A stretch of DNA of 64,000 bases from Felis catus (Eukaryota), in assembly GCF_018350175.1 (NCBI RefSeq), contig NC_058383.1:30692001-30756000 (forward strand). The letters run 5' to 3'. This document shows positions 48,500 to 61,775 of this stretch, piece by piece. The notes under the pieces are model-generated. The model saw only the letters and a list, made by a program, of their open reading frames with translations, was not told where the DNA came from and searched no databases. Made by a program: the position numbers and the translations under genes. Position 1 is the first letter of the stretch, and the number at the start of each line of letters is the position of its first letter.

Positions 48500-48670
48500 T
48501 CATTTAACACAGCCCGGCGAGATAGATGGATATGATTACGCACCCCATCTTAGATGGATATGTGTATGAACCCCATCTTACAGATGAGGAAGGAAGGCTC
48601 AGAGAAGTTGCCTAAGTTTCCCAAGGCCACACAGTAGGCAATGGAAGCGGGTCTTGAACCCTGCACCCTG
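48500..48670 (-). mobile_element. MIR
   Basis: ccccatcttacagatgaggaaggaaggctcagagaagttgcctaagtttcccaaggccacacag. Confidence 0.75.
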
Positions 48671-49324
48671 CCCTCTGTGCTGCCACCCACAACCACCACA
48701 TTAGGCAGGACACCGGCTGGGCTTCAGGCCCAGGAGCCGCTTCATAAACCCAGGAGGAAGGGGCCACAGCAAGGCCCGTCAGATCACACGAGAGCAGCGG
48801 GAAGAAGCCCAGGGGTCTGGGAGCTGATGTGGAAACCTGGCGATGGGACTTGAGCTCCCCAGCCGGTAGCACAGAGGCTCTGCCTTGCACATGCTCAGCA
48901 CGCAGATTTCTCCCCCTCCTGCCCCCGCTGCAGAGGGGACACATGACAGAGGCATCTCAGACCGGCCAACACACTGCAGTCAGGGCCCATTAGGATCACC
49001 TGGAAATACCATGCCAGGGCGCGTGCCATACCGCGTGCAACCCGAATCACTGCCTCCCCGCCTCCAGCTGACATTTCATTAGCATTTATTTACTTGTTGC
49101 TAGTTTGTTTTTTCTCCCCCCTAAGCAGATCATACAACCACAAGGTGAAATTTTCAAACAGCACAAGAAAATATACGATAAAGAACCAGATCTTTTTGCC
49201 CCAGACTTCTGAGGCCACTCCCCCATCAGCCCCGACTATCTTAACAGTCTCTCGTGTGTCCTTCCAGAAATGTTTTAGGTATATACAAACCTGCAAACGG
49301 ACAGTTACCTCTAATCCTTTAAAA

Positions 49325-49552
49325 GTTTTTTATTCATATTTATTTATTTTTGAGAGAGAGAGAGAGAGAGAGAGACAGAGCACGAGCCGGGGAGGGGTTG
49401 AGAGAGAGCGAGAAAGGGAGACACCGAATCCGAAGCAGGCTCCAGGCTCCAAGCTGTCAGCACAAAGCCCGATGCGGGGCTCGAACTCACAAGCTATGAG
49501 ATCATGACCTGAGCCGAATTCGCTTAACTGACTGAGCCACCGAAGGTCTCCA
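49325..49552 (-). mobile_element. Can-SINE
   Basis: Perfect 15-bp TSD tctaatcctttaaaa at 49310-49324 and 49553-49567. Confidence 0.95.
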
Positions 49553-50254
49553 TCTAATCCTTTAAAACACATCCACAGAAGGTTTTTGCCCAGCTGATGA
49601 GGGCCAACTCCTAGTGTCCCTACATGCCTAACGGGCACATTCCCATCAAGGCTACCCAGCCCCCTGTGGCGTGGTCTCCATCTCGAACTTGCAGATATTT
49701 ATGTCACCTCCAGTCATCTGCTCTTACCGGCAATGCTGCAGTGAGCTTCCTAGATCATCTGCCTTTCTATGTGCAGAATATCCACAAGAAACCAATTCCT
49801 GGTGATGGAAACGCTGGCCGATGGCTAAGTGTAGTTTTAATTTCAACAGATCCTGCCCCGCAATGGCATCAGAGCTCACTGTTACGCCCAAATGTGTGAG
49901 TCTGTGGGGCGGGTGCCGCTTCACTCCGTTTCCTGATAATGTGCGTCTGTCCCGTGTCACTGGGATTCCATAGACCCTCCCTCAGCCCCTGCTGGTGTGT
50001 CCACCTCTAGGTAAATCCTTAGAACACAAGTTATAAACCAGGAATCCGGGATGGCTGGTCTTTAAAAGATTTTTGAAATCATTAGGATAAAATAACTAAT
50101 ATCTGCTCATAGAAGTGATTGAAAAGACTGTCTCATGGTCACGGGAAATGCTTATGACATAATAAATATTAAATGACAAATACATAATGCCAAGATGATT
50201 CTCAAATTCTTAAACTGCATTGGCATCCCTGCAAACAGTTAAAATTACATGCCA

Positions 50255-50422
50255 GGGGTGCCTGAGTGGCTCAGTCAGTTGAGCATCTGACTTTGGCTCA
50301 GGTCATGATCTCATGGATCAGGGGTTCAAGCCCCATGTTGGGCTTTGTGCTGACAGCATGGAGGGTACTTCAGATTCTCTGTGTCCCTCTCTCTCTGCCC
50401 TTGCCCCCCCTCAAAAAAAAAC
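50255..50422 (+). mobile_element. Can-SINE
   Basis: ggggtgcctgagtggctcagtcagttgagc head, CT tract, short A tail. Confidence 0.9.
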
Positions 50423-51099
50423 CCCACAGATGCCAACTCAGTGGACTTGGGGTAGAGCAAGGACAAAGATCTGTACTTTAAGCAAGCTCACCAAGAGATG
50501 CCATGTACCCCTGAAATGGTGTATATTCACTCCAATCTCAAACACAGATCAGAGAACAAAAAATGAGGGAATTCGTCCAAGAGTGAAGAATGCTTATCTG
50601 GTGCAGTGGATCTGAGAGAAGTTTCTTCTCTGTCTTTTCTATGTTTCCCAGATTTTCCTACTCAGAAACTTTGATGTCGAGAAAACAAAGGGTTCTCTAA
50701 ACATCTAGACCAACCCTCCCTCCCCTCCTCCCTCCTTTCTTTCTTTCTTCCTGATTCAGCTCAGATTGAAGGAGGCAGGAGAGACGTTAAAACTTGGTTA
50801 TAACACGCGTGATCGTGGACTGGATGTTTTCCGCTAAAAAGCATCATTGGGCAATTATTAAAATTTGAATAAGGTTTGGGTAAGAAGCAGATGGGAGTTC
50901 TTTGTTGGAATTTGCAACTTTCCTGGAAATTGGAAACTTCAAGGCTTTGTGGAAGCATCTCGCCATCACCCTGGTGGGATAGTAAGACTTTTCTGATGCT
51001 AGAATCCTAAAGCATCAGAATATGCCTTTTAGCACTTAAAAAAAAAAAGTCTAATATCAGGTGTCTTCGGAATACCTTATAGTTGGAAGTCCACACTGC

Positions 51100-52860
51100 C
51101 TCCTCCATAAAATATATATATATCAAACTCAGGAAATTAACATTGATATGGTATTATTATCTAATCTATGGATCAATTTTCCCAATAATGTCTTCTATGT
51201 AAATTTTTTTTTCAAAAAAAGTTCCTCTTTTAATGGTTCAAGATCCAAGCCAGGATTATATATTGCATTCGGTGGTCATGTCTCTTTAATCTCCTTTCAT
51301 CTAGAATGTTCCTCAGCTTCCCTCTGCCTTCCATGACCTTGACGTTTTTGCAGAGTACAGCCAATTATTGTGTAGAATGTTCCTCGGTTTGGGTTTGCCT
51401 GAAGTTTTCTCTTTATTAGATTCAGGTGATGCAACTCTGGCACAAATGTCACAGATCGATCTCGTGGCTTTCTTTGCATGTCAGGCAGGGAGGCTCAGAT
51501 GTTGGCCTGTGTCATTCCAGGGTCTTTAACGCTGATCACTCAGTTATGATGGTGCCTGTCGGGTTTCTCTGCTTAAAGTGGCTACTCCTTCCTTTGTAAT
51601 CAAGGAATAATGTGTGGGGAGTTAGTCTGAGACCATGTGAATATCCCATTTGTCATCAAGCCTTCACATTTTATTTTCTTAATGTTCATTTACTTTTGAG
51701 AGAGAGAAGGGAAAGAGAGAGAGAGGGAGACACAAAATCTGAAGCAGGCTCCAGGCTGTGAGCTGTCAGCACAGAGCCCAACGAGGGGCTCCAACCCACG
51801 AACTCAAGATCATGACCTGAGCCGAAATCTCAGGACACTTAACTGAGCCACCCAGGAGCCCCAAGCCTTCACACTTTAATTTTGGTTTCCGCTGATGATT
51901 CTGCCCTGAAACAAGTATTATGATGGTTGTCAAAGCTTACTGCCTTCTTGAGAAAACTGGAAGCAAGTATATACCAAAGGACTTTGACCTACTAGTTGTA
52001 TTTCAAGGAAAATAATCTTATATCTCCATAAACCCAGGGGAGCAGGGAGAGAAAATATCCCAAGGAAACAATACAAGTTGTGAACAAAGATTTAGGTGCA
52101 GAGATTTTCATGGCAACATCACTTATAAGAACAAAACTTAGAGATCACCTAAGTCAAGCAATACGATAAATTGATATCAAGAAATGCAAAGCCGTCATTT
52201 AAGACAATGTTTTCAAAGGTTCTTTTTTTTTTTTTTTGGAAGATGGATAATGTTAAGTAACAGAAGATAAGCTATAAAATTATATTTGGCAAAATGCAGT
52301 TTGGTATCCTGAGTTGGATCCTAGACCAGATAAAAGGGCACTGTGGAAAATTCAGCGGTGAAATCCAAATGAAGTCTGTAGTTGAATTAATAGTAATGTA
52401 CCAATATCAAAATCTTGGTTTTAATAAACGTACGTGGGACGTGAGATATTAATGTCAGGGGAAACTGGGCCTGGGGTATACCAGAACTCTCTCTTTGCAA
52501 CTTTTCTGTAAACCCAAATCTATTCCAAAATAAAAACTCCACCTAAAATACTGACTTGGAAGTGATAGATGTATTCATCTTCTTGACTGTGGTGATGTTT
52601 CATAAGTGTATATGTGTCAAAACATATTAAATTATACACATTAAGTATGTGCAGCTTATTATATGTTAACTATATCTTAATTGAGCTTCTTGTTTAAAAA
52701 AACCGCGTTTGATAAGCTCCCAATTATGTCAAACATGTATAGAAGAAATACTGGATGGGAATGTATCAAGATATCACCGAGCGTTGGTATTGTACCTGGT
52801 GGGATTATAAGGCGATGATCACTTTTATTTTTATAATGTGTAATATTTTTGTAGCGGCTC
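51100..52860. mobile_element. Cluster of old L1 3' UTR fragments (L1MC/L1ME-like, both orientations)
   Basis: ccatgaccttgacgtttttgcagagtacagcc...tagaatgttcctc (- strand) and gtatcctgagttggatcctagaccag...ttatacacattaagtatgtgcag (+ strand). Confidence 0.65.
51669..51861 (-). mobile_element. Can-SINE
   Basis: TSD caagccttcaca at 51657-51668 and 51862-51873. Confidence 0.93.
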
Positions 52861-54051
52861 TATAATGGCCACGCACCACTTGAACAAATGGGGGAGACTG
52901 CTATTTTTAAATGGGGTGGTTTGTAATCATACAGTGTGGCTTCCTTGTCTGTAATGTGTCTGGGTCTCAGGGAGAGCTAACGACTGCCACCGTCTTTGCT
53001 CATTGAGAGAACGCAGGTAAACGAAACCTGAAGAAAGAAGCACACCCCTCACACCTGAGGCCCCTCAGATGCCGTGATGATAATCAGCCTTGAAAATTCA
53101 CACCTGGTAATCCAGATCCGGGAACAGTGGTCCCCAAACTTTCCCCCGGATATGGGTGTATATACACACTGGCACCTGCTAGAAGTTGCTTGTGAAAAGC
53201 AGATGCCCACGTGACTCATGGGTCTCCGGCGGGGCTGTCTGGGGTGAGTTAGACCAGGTGCTCAAGGTCAGGGCTCCGCCCTGGGGCCCGAGGGGCCGGC
53301 TGCAAATCTGCACCAGGGTCATCCTATCAGTCCGTCGGGCTTCAAGCCGAGCTTATCCGATCCTTCCCGGCTGGCCCTTTCCAGATCTTCCGCAGGCCTA
53401 GGAGGACGTCCCTGGAAGCTAAAGAGGTTAGTGGCGTTTTTCTTCTCTTTTCTGTGGGCCTCATGTGGGTGTCCTTGTCTCCGGTGACCCAGCCTCACAC
53501 CGGGTCTCGGAGGCTCACCTAGGTCTGGGGACTTGCCTTGCTGCTGGAGTTTGGGGAGCAGAGGGGGTTAGCTGAGAGAAGCTGGGTGGGGGACCGGGTG
53601 AAGTGAGCAGGAGCCCCGGTCCCTGTGTGGGCTGCAGGGATAGACCACGTGGCTAGGTGAGGAAGGCAGGCCCCCAGATGGTGCTGGATGAGGTCTTCTC
53701 AGCACTGCCAGCTCCACATTCTAGAGGCTGTTCTGGGAGAGCGAGGACTGAGGCTTGTGTCCGGAGACTGCCGTGCGGGGAGCAGCCACCGCCTCCCAGG
53801 TCACAACTCAACTCGCGAGACACAGACACCTGTGTCCCAGCTCTGGCGGCACCTGGATCCCCCTCTGGCTCACCTCGGGGGAGAGGGGACCCCCAGGACC
53901 TGCCTGTGAGGTCGGGGAGGGCTTCCTGGAGGGGGTGGACAAGCTAGGCCTTAGCTCCTTGGAGGCAGAAGTGGAGGGCGTTTACTGGTTGACGGAGAAG
54001 CTCTAGCTGAGGCATTGGGGCCGGTGGTGGTAGGAAGAACCCTCCCAGCGC

Positions 54052-54230
54052 GGGGGTTCTCAGACTGCAATCCTGCACGATCAGCATCATTTATGGGGCT
54101 TGTTGGAAATCTATCTCCTCAGGTCCCGTCTGGATCTGCCTCAAATGCTGAGGGTGGCTTTTAATGAAATAGATTTTAATAGACGCCCCTGGGGATGCTT
54201 AATGCATGGAAAAGTCTGAGGAGCACGGCT
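54052..54230. mobile_element. MER5-family hAT-Charlie fossil
   Basis: ggggttctcagactg...atcagcatcatttatggggcttgttggaaat...ccctggggatgcttaatgcatggaaaagtctgaggagcac. Confidence 0.65.
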
Positions 54231-54291
54231 ATGGTTATTTAGCCATGGAAATGTCTGCGCTCGGGTAATGTCACCCGCCTGTCTAGACCAC

Positions 54292-54680
54292 GGCAGGTGG
54301 ACATGCTTCAGGGCCTGGAGTTTGTGCAATTTGCTGGGTCTCTTTGGAAATCCTTTAAACTAGGGGCGCCTGGGTGACTCAGTCAATTCGGCATCCTGCT
54401 TTTGATTTCGGCTCAGGTCGTGGTCTCACAGTTCATGAGATCAAGGCCTGCGTCAGGGTGGAGGCTGCTTGGGATTCTCTCCTCTCCCTCTCCCCTGCTC
54501 GCGTGTGCGTGCTCTCAAATAAACTTAAAAAATTAAACTAAAAATTAAATTAAAAAATAAACTTAAAAACTTAAAAAATTATTGCACCTAGACCTATAAT
54601 CAGTTCCTGGGTCTTAGAAGGGGCCCTTGCGAGTGAGGGGGGCATCCTCAGCTTTGGGTGAAGTTTGTCTACAGGCCCAT
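54292..54680. mobile_element. MER53 hAT fossil, split by a SINE
   Basis: gggcctggagtttgtgcaatttg...ctcttt and gggtcttagaaggggcccttgcgagtgagggg match recalled MER53. Confidence 0.65.
54363..54575 (+). mobile_element. Can-SINE
   Basis: ggggcgcctgggtgactcagtc head; long A-rich tail. Confidence 0.9.
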
Positions 54681-56399
54681 AGCCCTCCGTGTTGTTAGCA
54701 GAAGGACAGCAGGTGCCGGGAGCAGCAAGTGTAGGACCGTTCATCCCACGCCCTCGGCAGGGTTGGCCCGTGGCTTTGCCTGAGTGCAGAGATTCTACAT
54801 GGTGTATGTGGATGCCTGGGAGGGGGACCTGTTGCTTGCTTACCATAGGCAGCCGGTCCTCCCGTGTAGTTGGTGTCCAGCTTTTCAAACCCGGCTGGCT
54901 GCACCCCAGCTCCAGTCTGACGCTAACCTGCTTCAGGGTGCTCGTCTCTCGAGGGCACCCCTCCGCCCTGGAGGCAGTTGCTGTGTTACCACCACTGTAG
55001 AGATGAGCCCAGAGGTTCCGCAGAATCAAACGAGCCACCCGAGCCCCCATTGAGGTCCGGCTTCAGCAAGACCGACCTGCTGACTTCCCATCCAACACCT
55101 ATGGCCTCGAGCTTATTCACTGAAAGTGGGTGGGCAGGTTGCACATGTCAGTACCTGAATCCCCACACCAGAGGATCGCACCTGCTATGTGTTGGGCACT
55201 CTATTGCCTTCAATAAGTGGCAGGTGCAAACTTTTTTTTTTGCTTCGGCCAGAGCACAGGCTGGTGGGGTCCAGATTCTATGCCGAGACTGACTGGCACA
55301 CCTCTGGGAGCGTCCCACCAAAGCACCCTGGCTGTTAAAACTCACGGAATTGGCTGGGGTCTGGTGGTCAAGACCCAACCCCCAGGCCTCTGGCCTCCTG
55401 AGCCCCTGATGCTGGGAGCACCCCTATAGCAGGGCTTTGTGGCTGAGAACGGTCGCTGTTTGAAGAAAACCACGTGATCCCAGCAAGGGTGCAGAGGAGG
55501 CCTGGGGTCACCTTGAGGCGGAGGGCCCCGGCCCGGTGTCCGAATCTTACTTTCTGAGTTTCTGTGAGCTCCTCTGACTCCCAGGTTTTGAGGCCGAGAG
55601 AACATCCCCTCTCCTGACATCGGCTCAGTCTCCTGGTGGATCCCCCTGCTTCCCCTGATGCCCTCTGGGTCCCTTCCCTGGTGGCAGCTTGGAGACCTCC
55701 TTGAAGGAGCGAGCTAATGTGGTTCTCAGCTCGATCATCAAATGGCAACCACCTATACTGAAAAGGAAATCTGACGCAGCCGGAAGACGGGGGGATTGTG
55801 TCCCTCTTTCTACCTGCCCGGTGCCCCCGCCTTCCCATTCGCTCCGTCTAGCCACGCTGTTCTTCAGCTCTGCAAACACGCGCACGTTCCTGCCTCCGGG
55901 CATTTGCACCCACCGTACCCCATGCCTGGCCTGTCTTTACCCCAGATCTCCTGGCTGATGGGAGTTCAGATGGCAGCTCCTCAAAGAAACTTCCCAAGTA
56001 CCCTTGGTAAAGTCTCGTATCAAATCGTAGTTAAGAGGGCTTAATGCTACTAGAAGTTACTGTGTGTTGGCTTACCTGCCAGCTTCCTTCCCATTCAGTG
56101 GTGTCAGTGAGGGAAGGGTTTCTTTAATGCCATTTCTCTGGCACCTATTAGTGCTCAACGAACCCTTTTTCCATATAAATGCCTCTTTCCTGGCTCTGAT
56201 GATAAACCTTGATGTTGTCTTTGACTTCTCCCTCTCTCGTTCCCCTTGGAATTCTCCTGCAGAAATGCTGTTGGCTCTTCCTTCTAAGAGCATCAGAAAT
56301 TCCATTCTTGCCACCCTGGCCCAAGCCACTACTTTGTCTGAATTACTCAGTAGCCTGACTGGGCTCCTTCTGCTTTCTCTCTGCACTCTACTCTCTAGC

Positions 56400-56520
56400 A
56401 AGCCCTGACCATGCTTGGGACCGGGTCGTAGTCTGCTATGGGGCCGTCCTGTGCATCACAGGACCTGGGGCAGCACCCCCAGCCTGGGCATTGTCAGGTG
56501 TTTGCCCCTTGCTGGTTCAC
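56400..56520. mobile_element. MER20 fragment
   Basis: tatggggccgtcctgtgcatcacaggacctggggcagcacccccagcct resembles the MER20 core. Confidence 0.55.
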
Positions 56521-58544
56521 AAACCCACCAGGCATCCCCTGGAATGTCCTCCTCTCACTGTCCCTGGGTCCAGAGCTCACCATTCCCCTCCAGCCTTCAG
56601 CTGTTACCTCTCCAGAGAGGCTTTCCTTGAAGCTTCCCTCTCCACTACACCCCTTGTTCCGTGGTGTGAAACCCGTGAAAGTGGACCGTGACCTGTGCCT
56701 GATGAACCATATGCCCAGGGTCAACCTCCTAGCCTCCCAACCCCTCCCAAACGTGAGGCTCTTCGAGCCTGGCTTTGACTCAGATGTTCACAAAGCTGCA
56801 CTATGCCTGGCACATTAACCAGCAGGACCTGCCATTGTCCTCGTCTGTGTGACCCCCTCCCCGTCTTCCCATTACCAATGGTTGCCTTTCCCGGCAAGAC
56901 CAAAGCAGTCTGTGACAATCTCACTGTGCTCGTTTCTCCTGTAAGGTATGACGCAACTTTGTGTAGGACTTGATCCCGTCTCCCCGTGTTGCAGCCTGTG
57001 TTTGGCCCTCCTGCAGCCACTCCCTCTCCTCTCCCTGGCTTGGCATGTGGGAGCCTCGCCCTCCCTCCCTGTGGGGAGGTTGGTTCCACCTGACTTCCAA
57101 GGAGAATTTGGGTTGTGTCCGACTCCTGTGTGCTTCTGCCTGGAGAGGACCTCCCTCACTGCCACTGAGGGCTTACAGGCTGGAACCAGTGTTCGTGTCC
57201 CAGCCACCTGAATCCGGAGGGGCTGGAGAAATCAGGGAGGGAGGTGGTCATGGAATTCTGACATCCATAAAAGACACTGAAACAGTCCCCACCTGGGGGA
57301 CTGAAGCCCCTGGGACTGTGTGTCATGTTTGCCCTACCTTTCTGGGTCCTGGGTGCCTCGTCAGTGCCGGACCCACAGGTGGCTGGATAAATGATGCTTG
57401 CCTGGAGAAAGCCCCTCCCACTTTGGGAGGTGGTTCTGTATCCCGACTCTGCCATTTACTCGGTCATCGTCAATGCATCTCTTTGCTTTTTTGTACCTGA
57501 GTTTTCTGTGGGATGTGTTACCCAGCCTGCAGACTTGTGAAGAGACTCAGATGTGAAAGCCACATGAATACTTAGAGAGCTGGCACGCAATGGGTGCCCG
57601 ATAACCCGCCCCCAACCTGCTTGTCTTGGAAATGGCTCGTCGCACGTACAGTACACAGAAAACTGCTGTGAATGCTTTCATCTGACAAAGTACAGGTCTC
57701 ACTCGGCCATGACCGCAGACCCCAGGGATCAGTATCTGATCATCTCGGAGGTGGGGACTGAGGTGTGGGGAACCCAGTGCCCCCTACCCTGGTGGTCTTG
57801 CATGCACACAGCACCGGTCACCTGGGGAGAGCGTGGGACTCATGTTCCACCCTGAAATCCCAGCCCTCCCGCTTGCTGCTTGCCCTTGGGCAAGTCTCTT
57901 CTCTGGAAAATGGTAGAAATGACTGTCCTAAGTTCACAAGTTGGTGTGAGCATTGTCTGCGTAGAGGGCTTGGCACGGTGTCCAACACCTAGTAGGTTCT
58001 CACATGGTAGTTTTCGTCTTTGTTTGGGCCTAATGCTGTTCTGGAAAGAAGCAGTGCCCCAGAGGGCCTCTGGGTTTCCCTGACCCTGCATGGAGATTTG
58101 GGAGGCCCTGTTGGTGACTGGGGGAGGGAGCTTGAACACAGAACAGGGAACAGCCTGGGAAGGGCCTGGGGGCCATTAGCTCTGGTTCCAACTGCAGGTG
58201 GCTCTACTAGTGGTGAGACTTTTCCAGCATGACCTGAACATGCTGCTTTCCTGAGCCAGTCTCCTGACTGCAAACTGGAGGGGTGCAGATGGCTGATGAA
58301 TAGAAAGCTTTGAGTACCTTGGGCCGCTCAGTAGATGGAACCTACCACTTTGTATTCTTATCTTCCTTATTCCCATCATTATTTCCTCTTTCTAGCATGA
58401 GAACCAAATAGGTGCCCACCAACTAAGGACTGGGCTGGGGGGACTCCTAGAAAACCATCCCAGCAGGAACAGAAAAGGATGATGGCCTTTTCCCACTGCC
58501 GGGTGGGACGGGAAGGTAGTTGGGCAGATTTCCTATAGAGCAAT

Positions 58545-59010
58545 GTCCTCTAGAACGGTACCCACCAGCATTGCGTGCCTTTCAGGTGCTTGAAACGTGG
58601 CTAGGGGGACTGAGGAATGGTTTGAATTTTAATTAATCTGGATTTAATTTTAAAACTTGATACTCAGTCTTGTTATTGGGAGACTTAAATATGTTTGGGA
58701 CAAAATGGGTATGTGAATCCTTTTCTCCAGAAAATCTTAGGAAACTCAAAACCTACCCAACAAAAGTCTAGCATCTGGATTGAGAGATGCTGTAAGTCTA
58801 AAATAACAAATTTCACAAAGAAGCAGTACTCTCCCAAAAAGGGGGGGGGGAATATAAGAATCTTAATTTCGTAGCGAGTTAAAATAGCACTTTTGCTATA
58901 TCGGGTTAAAGATATTAAAATTTCGCTTGGTTATTTTTGCGTTTAACATGAATCCTGGAAAGTGTTAAATCCCATATCTGGCTGGCAGGTAACTCCTGGG
59001 ATGGCATGGC
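58545..59010. mobile_element. Charlie1-family hAT fossil
   Basis: gtgcttgaaacgtggctagggggactgaggaatgg...gggtatgtgaatc...gcatctggattgagagatgctgtaagt. Confidence 0.6.
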
Positions 59011-59890
59011 TGTAGGGGTCCATCCTCCTTGATTTGGGGGCAGTATTAAATATTACTGGTATTTTGACTTTGGCCAATATGGTAGCCAAAAAAAGCATCT
59101 AATTTGTTCTTTCCTTGATTTTTCACTTTCCATTTTTTTTTTTTTTTGAGGTTGATTGGCTTAGAATTCTGGCAACTCTTTTTCTGTTAGAGAATTTGTT
59201 TTTCACATTGGTTTATGGAAGGCCTTTCTGTACTACATGTGCGGTCTGTTGCTTTCAAAGTTTGTTGTCGGCCTTATGTTGCCTTTATTGCTTGATGTAA
59301 AGGAGATACTGTTTGGATTTGGATCTTTATATGATTGCATTTTTAGTGTTTGATTATGTCCTCTGGGCATTCTTTTAGAATCTGGTGTGAGGTATTGAAC
59401 TCCTGGGAAATTTGAGGGGGAAAAACTAGTTTAACTGTGTCTTTAATTACTCAGTGGGTATACACATTATCCTGGTGTGTGTTTGGAAGGGAGTCAACTG
59501 TTGTGTGTTGAGTTTTTTATAGCTTTCAGAGAACTTCTTCATATGTTGTAGCTGACTCAAAGTGACCAGAGAGGAGACAGGGTGGCCTGGAATGCCCTTT
59601 TATGTATATAGTAATGATAGACTCTGCGATATGAATGGCTCACCCAGAGATCACCCGTTTAGAAGTGCCATTGGGACTTGAATATGGGATTCTGATTTTT
59701 GTAACTGGACACCTGCTGTGTCACCAGGGGCCAGAAGAAATGACACGGTCTTACAATGACCTTGAAAAAGAAGCATGATTTACTCCTGACCTTGATTTAC
59801 TTGACTGAAGCAGACCCAACCTCCCACATCTCAGAGTCTACTTTCCTGCTCCCATCCCTTGCCCATTCTTCTAGGACACAAGCAGATACT

Positions 59891-60479
59891 TTTTTTTTTT
59901 TTTTTTAATCTAATTTATTGTCAAGTTAGCTAACATGCAGTGTATATGGTGTGCTCTTGGCTTTGGGAGTAGATGCCCAGGATTCACTGCTTACATACAA
60001 CACCCAGTGCTCATCCCAGCAAGTGCCCTCCTCAACGCCCATCGCCCACTTTCCCCTCTCCCCGACTCCTCCCATCAAGCCACAGTTTGTTCTCTGTATT
60101 TAAGAGTGTCTTTTGGTTTGCCTCTCTCTCTCTGTGTTAGAGACTAATTTTTCCCTTCCCCTCCCCCATGGTCTTCTGTTAAGTTTCTCAAATTCCACAC
60201 AGGAGTAAAAATGTGATCTCTGTCTTTCTCTGATGTATTTCACTTAGCATAATACCTTCCAGCTCCATCCACGTTGTTGCAAACGGCAAGATTTCATTCT
60301 TGCCAAGTAGTATTCCATTGTATATATAAAATACATCTTCTTTATCCACTTATCAGTTGATGCACATTTGGGCTCTTCCCATAATTTTGGCTATTGTTGA
60401 TAACACCGCTATAAACCTTGGGTTACAATGTGCCCCTGTGAATCAGCACTCCTGTATCCTTTGGATAAATTCCTAGTAG
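59891..60479 (-). mobile_element. 5'-truncated felid/carnivore L1 (3' end only)
   Basis: T-run tail, catacaacacccagtgctcatccc 3' UTR, ORF2 C-terminal remnant; TSD-like agcagata at 59881 and 60483. Confidence 0.9.
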
Positions 60480-61269
60480 ACCAGCAGATATTTCTGAAGA
60501 TGCCGGTCAAGATCTTAGCTCTCCTGACCAAGTGTGAGTTCTTAATCTTTTTTGACAACTACATTCTTTACAACCTGGATGTTCTAAAGTTCTCGCAAAA
60601 CGAAAGTCCTCTCTGACCGCTAGCCACCATCCAGACTTCCCACCTTTGTCTTCTCTGTCCGTGGTTAAGTGGGTGCCTTTCCAGTCATCTTCCTGTGGGC
60701 AGAAGTCCACAGGATCCTGTTGTCAACAGGACCATCCTGAATGTATTGGTAAATTTCTTTCACCTCTGGTATCTGAGGTATACCAGTATACCGGTATGCT
60801 TTATTTCCTTCTTCGCAACTGCTGTGCTGTACATGATGGTACAGATACACCCAAGGTTGATCCAGCCATCCACCCAGCACTGAACCTTTGGGTTGTCCTC
60901 TGACTCACTTTTATACGCGATACGATGACCACCGTGTTTCAGGCTTTCTGGGCTGATGTGGGCAAAAGTTCTTCCACGGGAGACTGTGAAAAACAGAATG
61001 GCTCCATCCTAGGTAGGCACATAGCATTACAGCTGACATGGTCTCCAGAGTGTTTCTAGCAATTGCCGGCCAGCCATGCGTGAAAGTACTGTATTTCAGG
61101 TTTTGGCAATGTAATGGGTAGAAATGTTACTTCGTTTAAATTCCCATTTCTCTGTCAGCTAAGTAGGGTGAGTGCCTCTTCGTGTGATGGTTGGGTTCTT
61201 GGATTTGCTCTTTGAACTGCTCATTCATCACTACTGCCCACTTCTATTTTGGCTCATTTGTGTACTTCT

Positions 61270-61720
61270 AATTTTTAAAATCTTTAAATCCAAGTTTACA
61301 CGTAGTGTAGAAATGACTGCAGGAGTAGAATTTAGTGATTCATCACTCACCTCTAACACCCAGTGCTCATCCCAACAAGAGCCCTCCTTAATGCCCATCA
61401 CCATTTAGCCCATTCCCACCCCCCATCTCCCCTCCCGGAACCCTCAGTTTGCTCTATTTGAAGAGTCATTTATGTGGGTACCTGGGTGGCTCAGTTGGCT
61501 GAGTGTCCGAATTGAGCTCAGGTCATGATCTCACGGTTCGTGAGTTCGAGCCCCACATTGGGCTCACTCCTGTCAGTGCAGAACCTGCTTTGCATCCTCT
61601 GTCACCCTCTCTCTGCCTCGACCTCTTTCTGCCCCTCCCCTGCTTGTGCGCTCTCAAAAACAAATTAAAAAAAAAAATAAAGATCTTAGGGTTTTCCTCC
61701 CTCTCTCCTTTTTTCCCTTT
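61270..61720 (-). mobile_element. L1 3' UTR fragment, split by a SINE
   Basis: aggagtagaatttagtgattcatcact...aacacccagtgctcatccc...ccctcagtttg. Confidence 0.8.
61474..61680 (+). mobile_element. Can-SINE
   Basis: gggtacctgggtggctcagttgg head, ggtcatgatctcacggttcgtgagttcgagcccc, A tail. Confidence 0.92.
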
Positions 61721-61775
61721 ATTTTATTTTATGTCATTTTATTTTATTTTATTTATTTTTCATAGGCATCTGAAG

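Noticed and set aside
53186..58379. Many 60-176-aa ORFs in the downstream GC-rich region
   Set aside because: No recognisable protein similarity or consistent splice structure; interleaved with L2, MIR and hAT fossils.
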